From: Mobula hypostoma
Lineage: Eukaryota
Reading direction: 5' to 3'
Assembly: GCF_963921235.1 (NCBI RefSeq)
Contig: NC_086097.1
Span: forward strand, 86,306,001-86,370,000
DNA length: 64,000 nt
Position numbers and translations under genes: made by a program. Numbering within the stretch: position 1 is the first letter of the stretch; each line of letters begins with the position of its first letter. The notes beneath the pieces are model-generated. The model did not search any database. It was given only the letters and a program-made list of their open reading frames with translations, and was not told the origin of the DNA. Positions 1-12,429 of this stretch are shown here, piece after piece.

Positions 1-516
1 CAGAAAAAAAAATGATGAGAACTTTGATTGGCAAGGACACATTAGTGTACAATTCAATATTCAAGAACCATCGGTTGGCTGGTGCCACACCAGTTGTTTC
101 CACGTAACCTCTAACAGCTGCCAATGTGACCTTCTGTAGTTCCGCTCAGGGTAGCTCCAGGGTATTCCAGCAGGTTATCAATCTGTCCTTCAATAGATAT
201 CTTCTTGGATTTGTCAGGGATAACAGTATTTGTTTTCCCTCCATTTCCTTTCTGCTCACACCCTTACCATAGCCAGCTAGCCAGTATTAGTACCAGTCAT
301 AGTGTATTCTGAAATTAAGCTGGCAGGGCACAGAATTGTTCGAGATCACCATCTGCAAATGTTGACAGCACCCATATACCAAATAGTGATTGAGAAATTA
401 TTGCATTGGATCACTTGGATAGACAGAGTGACTTGGAGCACAGACGCCAAGGGTATTCATATGGAATATAGGTCCAGATTTCTTCTGCATAATTTAATAT
501 TTACTGCCCTACAACT

Positions 517-960
517 TAGAAACATAGAAAACCTATAGCACAATACAGACCTTTCGGCCCACAATGCTGAACATGTACTTACTTGAGAAATTACCTAGGG
601 TTACCCATAGCCCTCTATTTTTCTAAGCTCCATGTAGCTATCCAGGGGTCACTTAAAAGAACCTATTGTATCGACCTCCACCATAGTCGCCGGCAGCCCA
701 TTCCACATACTTACCACTCTCTGTGTAAAAAAACTTACCCCTGACATCTCCTCTGTACCTACTTCCAAGCACGTTAAAATCGTGCCCTCTCATGTTAGCC
801 ACTTCAACCCTGGGAAAAAGCCTCTGACTATCCACACAATCAATGCCTCTCATCATCTTATATACCTCCATCGGGTCACCTCTCATCCTCCATTACTCCA
901 AGGAAAAAAGGCCAAGTTCACTCAAACTATTCTCATAAGGCATGCTCGCCAACTCAGGCA
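517..960 (-). mobile_element. CR1-clade LINE 3' end (ORF2 C-terminus, 3'UTR and tail)
   Basis: ORF 653..886 reads MRGDPMEVYKMMRGID..RLFP..RGH, the CR1 ORF2 C-terminus. AGAAACATAGAAA tail at ~518-531. Continues after an insertion at 1365. Confidence 0.9.
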
Positions 961-1364
961 TGCTCTAGGGTTTCACTGCTGTGTAACATGCTGTAAGGTT
1001 TCACTGATAATGTAATGGTTTCTCTGTAGCAGCAATGTTTGGGTTATGACTAGTGATAACGGGGACGAGGTCAATGGTGGACGATTGACTTATCAGTGAG
1101 CTCCAACATTGCGCAACAGACTGTTTAATAAGATTGGGCCCTTATTTTTTTCCTGTTTTTGTTTCTTTACTAACTATATAGTCAAAGTAAGAATTATAAA
1201 ACTTAATCGTTTCATCGCATATTGTGTACTGTTTTTCATTTCGGGGTACTGATTTGTAACGGGGACACATCATGTAGCATCCACCCAAACGAGATTTCTT
1301 AATTTTGGCCAGGCCAGGGGCTATCACCCCCTATATTAAGCCACTAGCCAAAGCAAGAGTTACA
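961..1364 (+). mobile_element. Solo LTR inserted in the CR1
   Basis: TGTAAC (982) ... GTTACA (1364) inverted termini, with a short duplication of the start at 961-981. It interrupts collinear CR1 sequence. Strand is tentative. Confidence 0.65.
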
Positions 1365-1812
1365 CTTGTAAATCTCCTCTGCACCCTTTCTATAGTTTCC
1401 ACATCCTTCCTATAGTGAGGTGACCAGAACTAAGCACAATACTCGTAGTGAGGTCTGACCAGGGTCCTATATAACAGTACCATTACCTCTCGGCTCTTGA
1501 ACTCAATCCCATGGTTGATGAAGGCCAATATACCATATGCCTTCTTAACCACACCGTCCACTTGTGCAGCAGCTTTGAGTGTCCTATGGACTTGGACCCC
1601 AAGATCCTTCTGATCCTCCACACTGTCAAGAGTCTTACCATTAATACTATATTCTGCCATCATATTTGACCTACCAAACTGAACCACCTCACACTTATCT
1701 GGGTTGAACTCCATCTGCCACTTCTCAGCCCAGTTTTGCATCCTATCAATGTCCCACTGTAACCTCTGACAGCCCTCCACACTATCCACAACACCTCCAA
1801 ACTTTGTGTCAT
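1365..1812 (-). mobile_element. CR1 RT fragment, 5'-truncated, same copy as 517-960
   Basis: ORF 1430..1789: WQMEFNPDKCEV, DLGVQV, LYRTLVRPHYEYC. Confidence 0.92.
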
Positions 1813-2996
1813 CTTCTGCACTTTTGTTTTTTTTTACCTTGTGAATGCCCTGGGATGTTTTTGCTTTTAAATGTGCTTCAAATAACAGAGTTGCTGTTCT
1901 AGTAAGATATGGACTTGTAACGGTTTTGTTTTAAAACCTGCGATACACCTATGGGGGTGCTAATAAGTAAGATAGTGGCCAAAGTTGACTAAACTATAAG
2001 GATTGTGGAGCTAGGGTGGTGTTCCAGGTTATGGATATTGTTTACGAGTAATCAGATCAGATGGAGCTCTCTAGAAGAAAATATATCTGCTACACTTTCC
2101 ATACATCTGCCATACATCTCAAAAGAAGATTAACTGTGAACTGTGGCTTTCTTTCTGAGTGGCCAGGCAATGAAAGCACAGGTCGGAGATGAGGGTGGTG
2201 TGCCTCATCATACTGTATGTCCTGACAATGGAGGCATAGCCCTTAGGGTGCACATGTCCATGGTTTCTGATTCAGCCACTGGTGATGTCATCCTTGTAAC
2301 TAAAAATACATATGGCATATAAAATTCCTACATAGAGTAGAAGCATGCATTATAAAAGATGTTGTTTGGCAAAGGTGTTGATGCTATTCTTTGGAAGAGC
2401 TACCGAATTAGACCCTTTCTTTTTTCCCACTGGCCTGCATATTTCCCCTCTTGAAGTTAATTTTGAAGGTATTCAACCTTTCAGGTCATGCTTCACTGCT
2501 GTTACCTCTCTATGGTTCACTTGCCGACGATCGTAAATCGGTGTTCTCTGATAATCGACTACATTGTTTGTTGGAAGTGGTTTCTATCGCAGAAGGGGCG
2601 AGGTATGACTTTTGTCAGGATAACCTAGGTGATACACTTGCTGCCTACATTTATCACACTCTGATGATGAAAATGACTTGGTTTACATAAGCTTATGCAA
2701 AGTACTGTCTGTGTGGTTAGTTGCACCCTACAACATGAGGAAGCTGGCCATCTGTGCAGAACCTGCTTATCTCTGGCAAGTAGAAATGAGATGAATATAT
2801 TACTTGATGTCAGGAGAATCCTGATGACCGTACACTAATTCCCTGCAAACTGTGACCTATAGCACATTGACCCAACTTAAAAAGAGCTGCAGGTTTAAAC
2901 GTTAAGAGCTAACATTACCTTGACAACCCCGGGCAAAGTAGTCTGCACCCTAAAACTGCAGGGTTTAGCAGATATTAGTGACTCATTGGAGTAAAT

Positions 2997-3552
2997 TTGT
3001 TTATTTATTGTCACCTGTACAGAGATACAGTGAAAAACTTGATTTGCATGCAGTCCACACAGATCATTTCATTACAACAATTCATTGAAAGAGTATAAGG
3101 GAAAGTAATAACCTGAATGCAGAATAAAATGCTACAGTGACAAAAAAAAGTGTAGCGCAGGTAGACAATAATGTGCAAGGCCATGACAGGGTAGATTATG
3201 AGGTCAAGGGTCCATCTTATCATATCAGGGGACAGATCAATAGTCTTATAATATAGCACCTTGACTTTGGTGCTGTGTGCTTTCAGACTTTTGTATTTTC
3301 TACCTGTTGTGAGAGAGAAGAAGAGAGAATATCTGACTTTGATTATATTGTCTGCTTTACCAAGGAAGTGAGAAGTATAGACAGAGTCCAAAGAGGAGAG
3401 CTTAGTTTCCATGATGTATTTTGTTCACAACTTCCTGCTCCTTCTTGTGGTCACAAGCACAGCAATTGCAATATCAAACTGTGATGCATCTGGCTAGGCC
3501 AAAAATAACTGTTGGGGCAATATTTTACCAATGCACCATAGAAAGCATCCAA
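2997..3552 (-). mobile_element. Rex1/Babar-like LINE 3' fragment
   Basis: ORF 3011..3412 (LSSLDSVYTSHFLGKADNIIK..SLTTGRKYKSLKAHST) matches the C-terminus of the other Rex1-like copies in the window. AATAAA tail. Confidence 0.75.
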
Positions 3553-5657
3553 TACCGAGGTATGACGTCGGGCACATTGGTTGTCTGAAGTCAGAGAATT
3601 TACTCCTAAATCCCCCTCAAATATAATATTTTCATGATTCCCTTTTCCCCAATGCCTCATACTTCCTTATCCCCCATATTACTTCTCCCTCTTTCACCAG
3701 ATTCCCCTTCTCTTCAGTCTTCCAGCCTTACTCATATTTCCAGAGTTTGTTCTAACTGACGGCATTTGGAAGCAGTTTTCTTTACAATGTTGTAGCTGTA
3801 TCAGGCTAGAGAACAGACTCATCGGTCACCCCAGGGGAACCTTATCCATTATTTGATCGGAATTGTGTTTAGGTGCACTGTGCATTTGATATAACTCTCC
3901 TCCTCTCACTGCACTTAGATTGATCACCAGTTGCTTGGCGGGCTGAGTAAAAAGACTTTTACTGAATCTTGCTATTGATCCAGCCATGTCTCTAATTCAA
4001 GAGAGGAACCTTTACAATTCATTTGTTAACTCTTCATGCAAAATACTTCCCTGAACTGTTAAATAGCATCACCAGGATTGATGTTGGATCTTGACCCAAA
4101 ATGGTGACCATTCCTAACTCCACAGATGCTGCCTGACTCCCTGCGTTCCTCCAGTGATTTGTTTCCACCCCCTCCCCGACCAAGGTTGATAGACCCATTG
4201 GAGAACTTCCTGTAAAGCTCTGAAAATATGGCTGTCCATGCCTTCGCCAGTCCCTAGAAGAAGTAATCCACCAATCTCCTGCAAATATGATGCCTTTTTT
4301 TTTGCTGATGAGCTTCTTCATTCATTGACATCATGTGGAAAAGACTGAGATATTAATGGCGTTGTGAAGTCCTGGGACCTATCTAAACTTTGGAAACTAA
4401 TTTTTATCATTATCTTCCTGATCCACATCTTGGGAGACACAAATGTACTATCCTTTTTCCTTATACGAGGACCTAAGCATTTTCCATTAGAAACACACAA
4501 AAAAGCGTTGGTCTTATTTTGTAACTTCAGGTAGTGTGCAAATAAGTTCTCAGACCAATTGCCTCTTGATTCTATTCCCGGAGCAGGACATGTCCAAGCC
4601 ACTAATCCAGGATACTGCCCAGAAGTAACATAGTAGAGATCTCACTATCTTACAACCATGTTCTGCAATCAGTTACACCTACATTTGTGAATATGGTGGC
4701 AAATGGGCAGGAATGCAATTAATTGAATTGAATTGAATTGACTTTATTACTTACATCCATCACATACTGTACATGAGGAATAAAAATCTTTATGTTATGT
4801 CTCCATCTAAATGTGCAATGTGCAATTTATAGCAATTTGTAATGAATAGTGTGTAGAACAGGACTGGCAATATAACATAGAAATACAATTGTATCAGTGT
4901 GAATTAATCAGTCTGATGGCTTGGTGGAAGAAGCTGTCCTGGATTGGCTTTTATGCTGCGGTACTATTTCCTGAATGGTAGCAGCTGGAACAGTATGTGG
5001 TTGGGGTAACTCAGGTCCCCAGTGATCCCTTGGGCCCTTTTTACACACCTGTCTTTGTAAATGTCCTGAATAGTGGGAAGTTCACATCTACAGATGCGCT
5101 GGGCTGTCCGCACCACTCTCTGCAGAGTATGACGATCAAGGGAAATACAATTTCCATACCAGGCAGTGATGCAGCCAGTCAGGATGCTCTCAATTCTGGC
5201 CCTGTAGAAAGTTCTTAGGATTTGAGAGCCCATACCAACCTTTTCAACCGTTTGAGATGAAAAAGTCACTGTTGTGCTTTTTAAACCACACAGCCGGCAT
5301 GTACAGACCACGTGAGATCCTTGTTGATGTGTATGCCGAGGAACTTAAAGCTGTTCGCCCTCTCAACCCCAGATCTATTGATGTCAATAAGGGTTAGCCC
5401 ATCTCCATTCCTTCTGTAGTCCACAACCAGCTCCATTGTTTTTTTGTGACATTGAGAGAGAGGTTGTTTTCTTGACACCACTGTATCACAGACATCCCAC
5501 CCTGCAAAAACTCATTTCAGGGAGGTAGCACCATCAATTTGCGGGAGACTTCCGGGAGAGGTGGGATGTCTGCAATAGAGTAGCTCCTTAGCAGCTAACC
5601 AGCTAGTTTAAATAACATTAGCTATGCTAATGAACAAATGACACCTGTTAAACTCAC

Positions 5658-5826
5658 CTCAACATGTCTTTTACAGTCTTAACCCACCATGGACAATAGA
5701 AAAGTCACTGTTGCAAACAGTGCAGCGAGCAACACTGTCATTATTTTGACCCCTATTAGGCAGGGGTACACTTTAGTGTAGTCTGGGGTGACGTACGTTT
5801 TATATCTTTTTGGAACACTCTGCCAT
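5658..5826 (-). pseudogene. Relic first coding exon of a transposase (BED-like zinc finger), frameshifted
   Basis: GCCATGG start at 5826. Across frameshifts it reads YKTYVTPDYTKVYPCLIGVK/NDSVARCTVCNSDFSIVHGGL/DCKRHVE, followed by a GTGAGT donor (5657-5652). Confidence 0.7.
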
Positions 5827-5837
5827 GGCGCGCTATC

Positions 5838-5993
5838 GTGCTCTCTCTCGCTCTTGCGCTCTCGCTTGCTTGCTCTCACGCTCTCTCGCTCTCTCGCTCG
5901 CGCGCTCTCGCTTGCTTTCTCTCTCGCGCGCGCACGCTCTGTCTCGTGGTCGCTTTCGCGCTCTCTCTTGCTTTCTCTCGCTCGCTCGCTCTC
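5838..5993. repeat. (CT/CTCG)n low-complexity microsatellite
   Basis: Directly visible. It generates several spurious S/L/A/R-rich ORFs. Confidence 0.9.
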
Positions 5994-6812
5994 AAAAAAA
6001 TTGATTTCCATGATATTGTATATAATTTGCGGGCATCAGGGAGCCACTGTTCATATGCGGGAGACTCCCGGAACTTCCGGGAGAGGTAGGATGTCTGGTA
6101 TCAGGATGATGACTTTAGGCTGCCTCGTTAGTATTTGAGATTAGGCTAATCAATGTAGTACCATCAGCAAATTTAATTAGCAGATTGGAGCTGTGGGTGG
6201 CGACACAGTCATGGGTATACAGACACAGCTCTGAGGGGCACCTGTGTTGAGGGTCAGAGGGGCGGAGGTGAGGGAGTTGTAGCTGCATTTCCTGAGCTCC
6301 TGCTGATTACCAACAATGTAAGCAATGCCCCAAGAATTTTTAGTTACAATGGACTAGCAGGATTCTGGCATTTATGATAATAACTTGGCAGGACCAAGAA
6401 TAACCCTTTCGTCAGTAGGGTTCATCTTCCTATATCAAAGAGTTCATTGAGATTCAGATGTAAATTTAACTTGGGCTTGAATGTGCAAGATGTTGGTTGT
6501 TAAGTACCCCGTACTTCAACTTAGTCTCCATTTACTCCCATACCTTAGAGATTATACTTAGTACAGTGGAATTCAATCTCCACCCAGTGTTGATATTGAT
6601 TGATATCCATAAGTCAGTTGGCTACTTCAGCTCTCCTCTAGAGACAAAAAGCACAGGCTATAGATAGGGCTTTCATTCCATGGTAAGGGACACTATATTT
6701 TGAGTGAAGAGGCCCCCACTCTCCACACAGGTACTCTTCACAATGCTGTGTGTAAATGTAACGTGGAAGACACAGGAAACTGCAGATGTTGGAAACTAGA
6801 GGTAAAAAGCTG

Positions 6813-7005
6813 CATTTTTCTCGGTGGTTGATCGGGACAGGACTGCTCAAGCGCGTGCAAGTCAGTTCGTGAGTCAGCGGGAGTATTTAAAAGAGTGCAG
6901 TTTGTGGAAGTCGGCCATTTTTCTCGGCGTTTGATCGGGACAGGACTGCGCAAGCGCGTGCAAGTCAGTCCGTGAGTCAGCGGGAGTATTTAAAAGACAG
7001 CAGTT
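6813..7005 (+). promoter_or_regulatory. CR1 5'UTR: two 103-bp tandem units, putative internal promoter
   Basis: Units start at 6813 and 6916. Each has TGAGTCA (6870, 6973) followed by TATTTAAAA (6884, 6987). CpG-rich. Confidence 0.6.
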
Positions 7006-7593
7006 TGACGGATTGGGCAACGGAGTAGAGGGAGACAGAGTAGGAAGGCTTTGGCTCGAGAGGCTTCGGCAAGCAGAGGCTGAGGACGAACTTCACTCCA
7101 AGTGAGGTGAGGCTGGGTAAGTTCCTTTAAAAGGAGAACGGTCTGCAGCGGTATTTTATTTGAAACAAGGAAGGCGATGAGGCTGTAGCGTATTGGGTAG
7201 GTCATGACAGCTGAGATCGGCCCCGTGGTTTGTTCCTCCTGCAGCATGTGGGAAATCAGGGATACTTCCAGTGTCCCTGACGACTATGTGTGCAGGAAAT
7301 GTGTCCAGCTGCAGCTTCTGGCAAACCACATTGAGCGGGTAGAGCTGCGATTGGATTCATACTGGAGCATCCGCGATGCTGAGAAAGTCGTGAATAGCAC
7401 GGTCAGTGAGTTGGCCACACCGCAGGTAAAGGCTACACAGGCAGAAAGGGAATGAGTGGCCACTAAACAGCGTAGCAGTAGGCAGGTAGTGCAGGAGTCC
7501 CCTGAGGTCATCTCCCTCCTAAACAGATATACTGTTTTGGATACTGTTCGGGGAGATGTCTCATCAGGGGAAGGTAGCAGCAGCCGAGTTCAT

Positions 7594-8919
7594 TCAAATT
7601 CACTTGGTCTACCTCGGACACTTCTCTCCCCATTCTCGATCTCTCGGTCTCCATCTCTGGAGACAGACTGTCCACTGACATCTTCTACAAGCCCATTGAC
7701 TCTCATAACTACCTCAACTATACCTCTTCCCACCCCGCCACAGGCAAAAATGCCATTCCCTATTCCCAGTTCCTCCGTCTCCGCCGCATCTGCTCCGAGG
7801 ATGAGGTTTTCCGTTCCAGGACATCTCAAATGTCCTCTTTCTTTAAGGATCGTGGTTTCCCTTCTGCCATCATCAATGATGCCCTCACCCACATCTCCTC
7901 CATTTCCCACACTTCGGCTCTCACCCCATCCTCCCGCCACCACAACAGGGACAGAGTTCCCCTTCTCCTCTCCTACCACCCCACCAGCCTCCGGATCCAA
8001 CACATTATCCTCTGCAACTTCCGCCACCTTCAACAGGACCCCACCACTAAGCACATCTTTCCCTCTCCACCCCTCCCCGCCTTCTGCAGGGATCCGTCCC
8101 TCCGCGACTCCCTGATCCACACGTCCCTCCCCACGGATCTCCCACCTGGCACTTATCCCCGTAAGCGCAAGTGCTACACCTGCCCCTACACCTCCTCTCT
8201 TGCCACCATTCAGGGCCCCAAACAGTACTTCCAGGTGAGGCAACACTTCACTTGTGAGTCTGTTGGGGTCATCTATTGCATCCGGTGCCCCCGGTGCAGC
8301 CTCCTCTACATCAGTGAGACCTGACGCAGATTGGGGGACCGCTTCTTCGAGCACCTCCACTCCGTCCGCCACAACAGACAGGATCTCCCGGTAGCCACCC
8401 ACTTCAACTCTGCTTCCCACTCCCATTCAGATATGTCCATACATGGCCTCCTCTACTGCCATGATGAGGCTAAACTCAGGTTGGAGGAGCAACACCTCAT
8501 ATACCATCTAGGTAGTCTCCAGCCCCTTGGTATGAACATAGAATTCTCCAACTTCCGGTAATTCCCTCCCCCTCCCTTCCCCTATCCCTATGTCACTCTG
8601 CCCCCTCCCCCAGCAGCCTTCCACCTCCCTCTTGGTTCTGCCTCCTTCTACTACCCATTGTGTTTTCCCCTATACTTTCTTCACCTTTCCTGCCTATCCC
8701 CTCCCTGCCTCCCCTCCCCCACCCCTTTATCTTCCCCCTTACTGGTTTTTCAACTGGAATCTACCAGCCTTCTCCTTCCCATCCTCCCCCCACCTTCTTT
8801 ATAGGGCCTCTGCCCCTTCCCCCTAAAGTCCTGACGAAGGGTTCCGGCCCGAAACGTCGACTCATCATTTCCATGGATGCTGCCCGACCTGCTGAGTTCC
8901 TCCAGCGTGTTGTGAGTGT
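7594..8919 (+). mobile_element. Penelope-like retroelement, 5'-truncated, nested in CR1 ORF1
   Basis: GIY-YIG-type region FTCESVGVIYCIRCPRCSLLYISET..LGDRFFEHL..HFN. 12-bp TSD AGCCGAGTTCAT (7582-7593 / 8920-8931). Confidence 0.92.
8827..8862 (+). ncRNA. Minimal type I hammerhead ribozyme motif
   Basis: AGTC-CTGACGA-A-GGGT(TCCG)GCCC-GAAA-CGTC-GACT: core boxes, 4-bp stems I and II, palindromic ACGT in place of stem III. Confidence 0.75.
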
Positions 8920-9562
8920 AGCCGAGTTCATGGCACCATGGGTGGCTCTGCGGCACAGGAGGGAAGGAAAAGGAGTGGGAGAGCTATAGTGATAGGGGAT
9001 TTGATTGTAAGGGGAATAAATAGGTGTTTCTGCGGTCGCAAACGAGACTCCAGGAGGATATGTTGCCTCCCTGGTGCAAGGGTCAAGGATGTCTCTGAGC
9101 AGCTGCAGGACATTCTGCAGTGGGAGGGTGAACTGCCAGTGGTCATGGTGCACATAGGTACCAACCATATAGGTCAAAAATGGGATGAGGTCCTACAAGG
9201 TGAATTTAGGGAGTTAGGAGATAAACTAAAAAGTAGGACCACAAAGGTAATAATCTCTGGATTACTACCAGTGCCACGTGCTAGTCAGAGTAGAAATAGG
9301 AGGATATTTCAGATGAATACATGGCTTGAAAAATAGTGCGGGGGGAGGGATTCAAATTTCTGGGGCATTGGAACCAGTTCTGGAGGAGGTGGAACTGGTA
9401 CAAACAGGATGGTCTGCACCTGGGCTGGACTGGAACCAATGTCCTAGGGGGAGCATTTGCTACTGTTGTTCAGGAGGATTTAAACTAATGTGGCAGGGGG
9501 ATGGGAACAAGTGCTGAGAGAGAGAGGGGTGTAAAATAAGGGTAGAAGCAAAAAGTAGTAAG

Positions 9563-12429
9563 GTGAAAAGTAAATGTGGCAGTCTGGCAAATCCAGGGCA
9601 AAAATCAAAAAGGGCCACTTTTCAACATAATTGTATAAGGGCTAAGAGCGTTGTAAAAGCAAGCCTGAAGGCTTTGTGTGTCAATGCAAGGAGCATTCGT
9701 AACAAGGTGGATGAATTGAATGTGCAGATAGTTAGTAATGAATATGATATAGTTGGGATCACAGAGGCATGGCTCCAGGGTAACCAAGGATGGGAGCTCA
9801 ACATTCAGGGATATTCAATATTCAGGAGGGATAGACATGAAAGAAAAGGAGGTGGGGTGGCATTGCTGGTTAGAGAGGAGATTAACGCAATAGAAAGGAA
9901 GGACATTAGCTGGGAGGACGAGGAATCAATATGGGTAGAGCTGCATAACACTAAGGGGCAGAAAATGCTGGTGAGAGTTGTGTACAGGCCACCTAACAGT
10001 AGTAGTGAGGTTGGGGATGGCTTTAAACAGGAAATTAGAAATACGTGCAATAAAGGAACAGCAGTTATAATGGGTGACTTCAATCTACATATAGATTGGG
10101 TGAACCAAATTCGTAAGGGTGCTGAGGAAGAGGATTTCTTGGAATGTATGGGAGATAGTTTTCTGAACCAACAAGAGAGCAGGCCATTCTGGACTGGGTA
10201 TTGAGAAATGAGGAAGGGTTAGTTAGCAATCTTGTCGTGCGAGGCCCCTTGGGTAAGAGTGACCACAATACTGTGGAATTCTTCATTAAGATGAAGAGTG
10301 ATATAGTCAACTCAGAAACAAAGGTTCTGAAAAAGATGGGTAACTTTGTAGGTATGAGACGTGAATTAGCTAAGATAGACTGCAAATGATACTTAAAGGG
10401 TTGACAGTGGATATGCAATGGCAAGCATTTAAAGATCGCATGGATGAACTGCAACAATTATTCATCCCAGTTTAGCAAAAGAATAAACCAGGGAAGGTAG
10501 TGAACCTGTGACTGACAAGGGAAATTAGGGATAGTATCAATTCCAAAGAAGAAACATACAAATTAGCCAGAAAAAACAGCTCACCTGTGGACTGGGAGAA
10601 AATCAGAGTCCAGCAGAGGAGGACAAAGGGCTTAATTAGGAAAGAGAAAAAAGATTATGAGAGAAAGCTGGCAGGGAACATAAAAACTGACTGTAAAAGC
10701 TTTTATAGATATGTGAAAAGAAAAAGATTGGTTAAGACAAATGTAGGCCCCTTACAGTCAGAAACAGGTGAATTGATCATGGGGAACAAGGACATGGCAG
10801 ACCAATTGAATAATTACTTTAGTTCTGTCTTCACTAAGGAGGACATAAATAATCTTCTGGAAATAGTAGGGGACCGTGGGTGTAGTGAGATGGAGGAACT
10901 GAGGGAAGTACATGCTAGTAGGGAAGTGGCGTTAGGTAAATTGAAGGGATTGAAGGCAGATAAATCCCCAGGGCCAGATGGTCTGCATCCCAGGGTGCTT
11001 AAGGAAGCAGGCCAAGAAATAGTGGACGCATTAGTGATAATTTTTCAAAACTCATTAGATTCTGGATTAGTTCCTGGGGATTGGAGGGTGGCTAATGTAA
11101 CCCCGCTTTTTAAAAAAAAGGGAGGGAGAGAGAAACCGGGGAATTATAGACCGGTTAGCCTGACGTCGGTGGTGGGGAAAATGCTGGAGTCAGTTATCAA
11201 AGATGTGAAATCATCGGACAAAGTCTACATGGATTTGTGAAAGGAAAATCATGTCTGACGAATCTCATTGAATTTTTTGAGGATGTAACTAGTAGAGTGG
11301 ATAAGGGAGAACCAGTGGATGTAGTATATTTAGATTTTCAAAAGGCTTTTGACAAGGACCCACACAGGAGATTAGTGTGCAAACTTAAAGCACACGGTAT
11401 TGGGGTATGGTATTGATGTGGATAGAGAATTGGTTGGCAGACAGGAAGCAAAGAATGGGAATAAACGGGACCTTTTCAGAATGGCAGGCAGTGACTGGTG
11501 GGGTACCGCAAGGCTCAGTGCTGGGACCCCAGTTGTTTACAATATATATTAATGACTTAGACAAGGGAATTAAATGCAGCATCTCCAAGTTTGTGGATGA
11601 CATGAAGCTGGGCGGCAGTGTTAGCTGTGAGGAGGATGCTAAGAGGATGCAGGGTGACTTGGATAGGTTAGGTGAGTGGGCAAATTCATGGCAGATGCAA
11701 TTTAATGTGGATAAATGTGAGGTTATCCACTTTGGTGGCAAGAACAGGAAAACAGATTATTATCTGAATGGTGGCCGATTAGGAAAAGGGGAGGTGGAAC
11801 GAGACCTGGGTGTCATTTTACACCAGTCATTGAAAGTGGGCATGCAGGTACAGCAGGCGGTGAAAAAGGCGAATGGTATGCTGGCATTTATAGCAAGAGG
11901 ATTCGAGTACAGGAGCAGGGAGTTACTACTGCAGTTGTACAAGGCCTTGGTGAGACCACATCTGGAGTATTGTGTGCAGTTTTGGTCCCCTAATCTGAGG
12001 AAAGACATCTTTGCCATAGAGGGAGTACAAAGAAGGTTCACCAGATTGATTCCTGGGATGGCGGGACTTTCATATGATGAAAGACTGGATCGACTAGGCT
12101 TATACTCTCTGGAATTTAGAAGATTGAGGGGGGATCTGATTGAAACGTTTAAAATTCTAAAGGGATTGGACAGGCTAGATGCAGGAAGATTGTTCCCGAT
12201 GTTGGGGATGTCCAGAACGAGGGGTCACAGTTTGAGGATAAAGGGGAAGCCTTTTAGGACCGAGATGAGGAAAAACTACTTCACACAGAGAGTGGTGAAT
12301 CTATGGAATTCTCTGCCACAGGAAACAGTTGAGGCCAGTTTATTGGCTATATTTAAGAGGGAGTTAGATAGGGCCCTTGTGGCTAAAGGGATCAGGGAGT
12401 ATAAAGAGAAGGCAGGTATAGGGTTCTGA
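9563..12429 (+). pseudogene. CR1 ORF2 (APE endonuclease and reverse transcriptase), frameshifted
   Basis: NARSIRNK, GITEAWL, MGDFN, KSPGPDG, NYRPVSLT, GVPQGSVLGP and KFVDD, spread over several frames. Confidence 0.95.

Larger units (their letters stand above)
5489..6097 (-). mobile_element. Non-autonomous TIR DNA transposon (hAT-like) with 6-bp TSD
   Basis: TIRs CAGACATCCCACC / GGTAGGATGTCTG (12/13 match). GTATCA duplicated at 5483-5488 and 6098-6103. Confidence 0.88.
4718..6275 (-). mobile_element. Rex1/Babar-like LINE, 5'-truncated, split by a DNA transposon
   Basis: (AATTG)n tail at 4718-4740. FYRARIESILTGCITAWYGNC and SFKFLGIHI motifs. KFADGTT-type RT motif in 6104-6275. Confidence 0.85.
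7204..9488 (+). pseudogene. CR1 ORF1 (zinc finger, coiled coil, SGNH-type esterase), disrupted
   Basis: CSSCSMWE..YVCRKC at the N-terminus. After the Penelope insert: AIVIGDLIVRG, CCLPGARV, VHIGTN, then DGLHL after a frameshift. Confidence 0.85.

Noticed and set aside
5679..6138. Several R/E/S/A/L-rich ORFs
   Set aside because: Products of the (CTCG)n microsatellite. Only the YKTY..GVK part belongs to the transposase relic.
7456..8426. 219-aa Pro/Ser-rich and 278-aa Gly/Val-rich ORFs
   Set aside because: Alternative frames of the C-rich Penelope insert.
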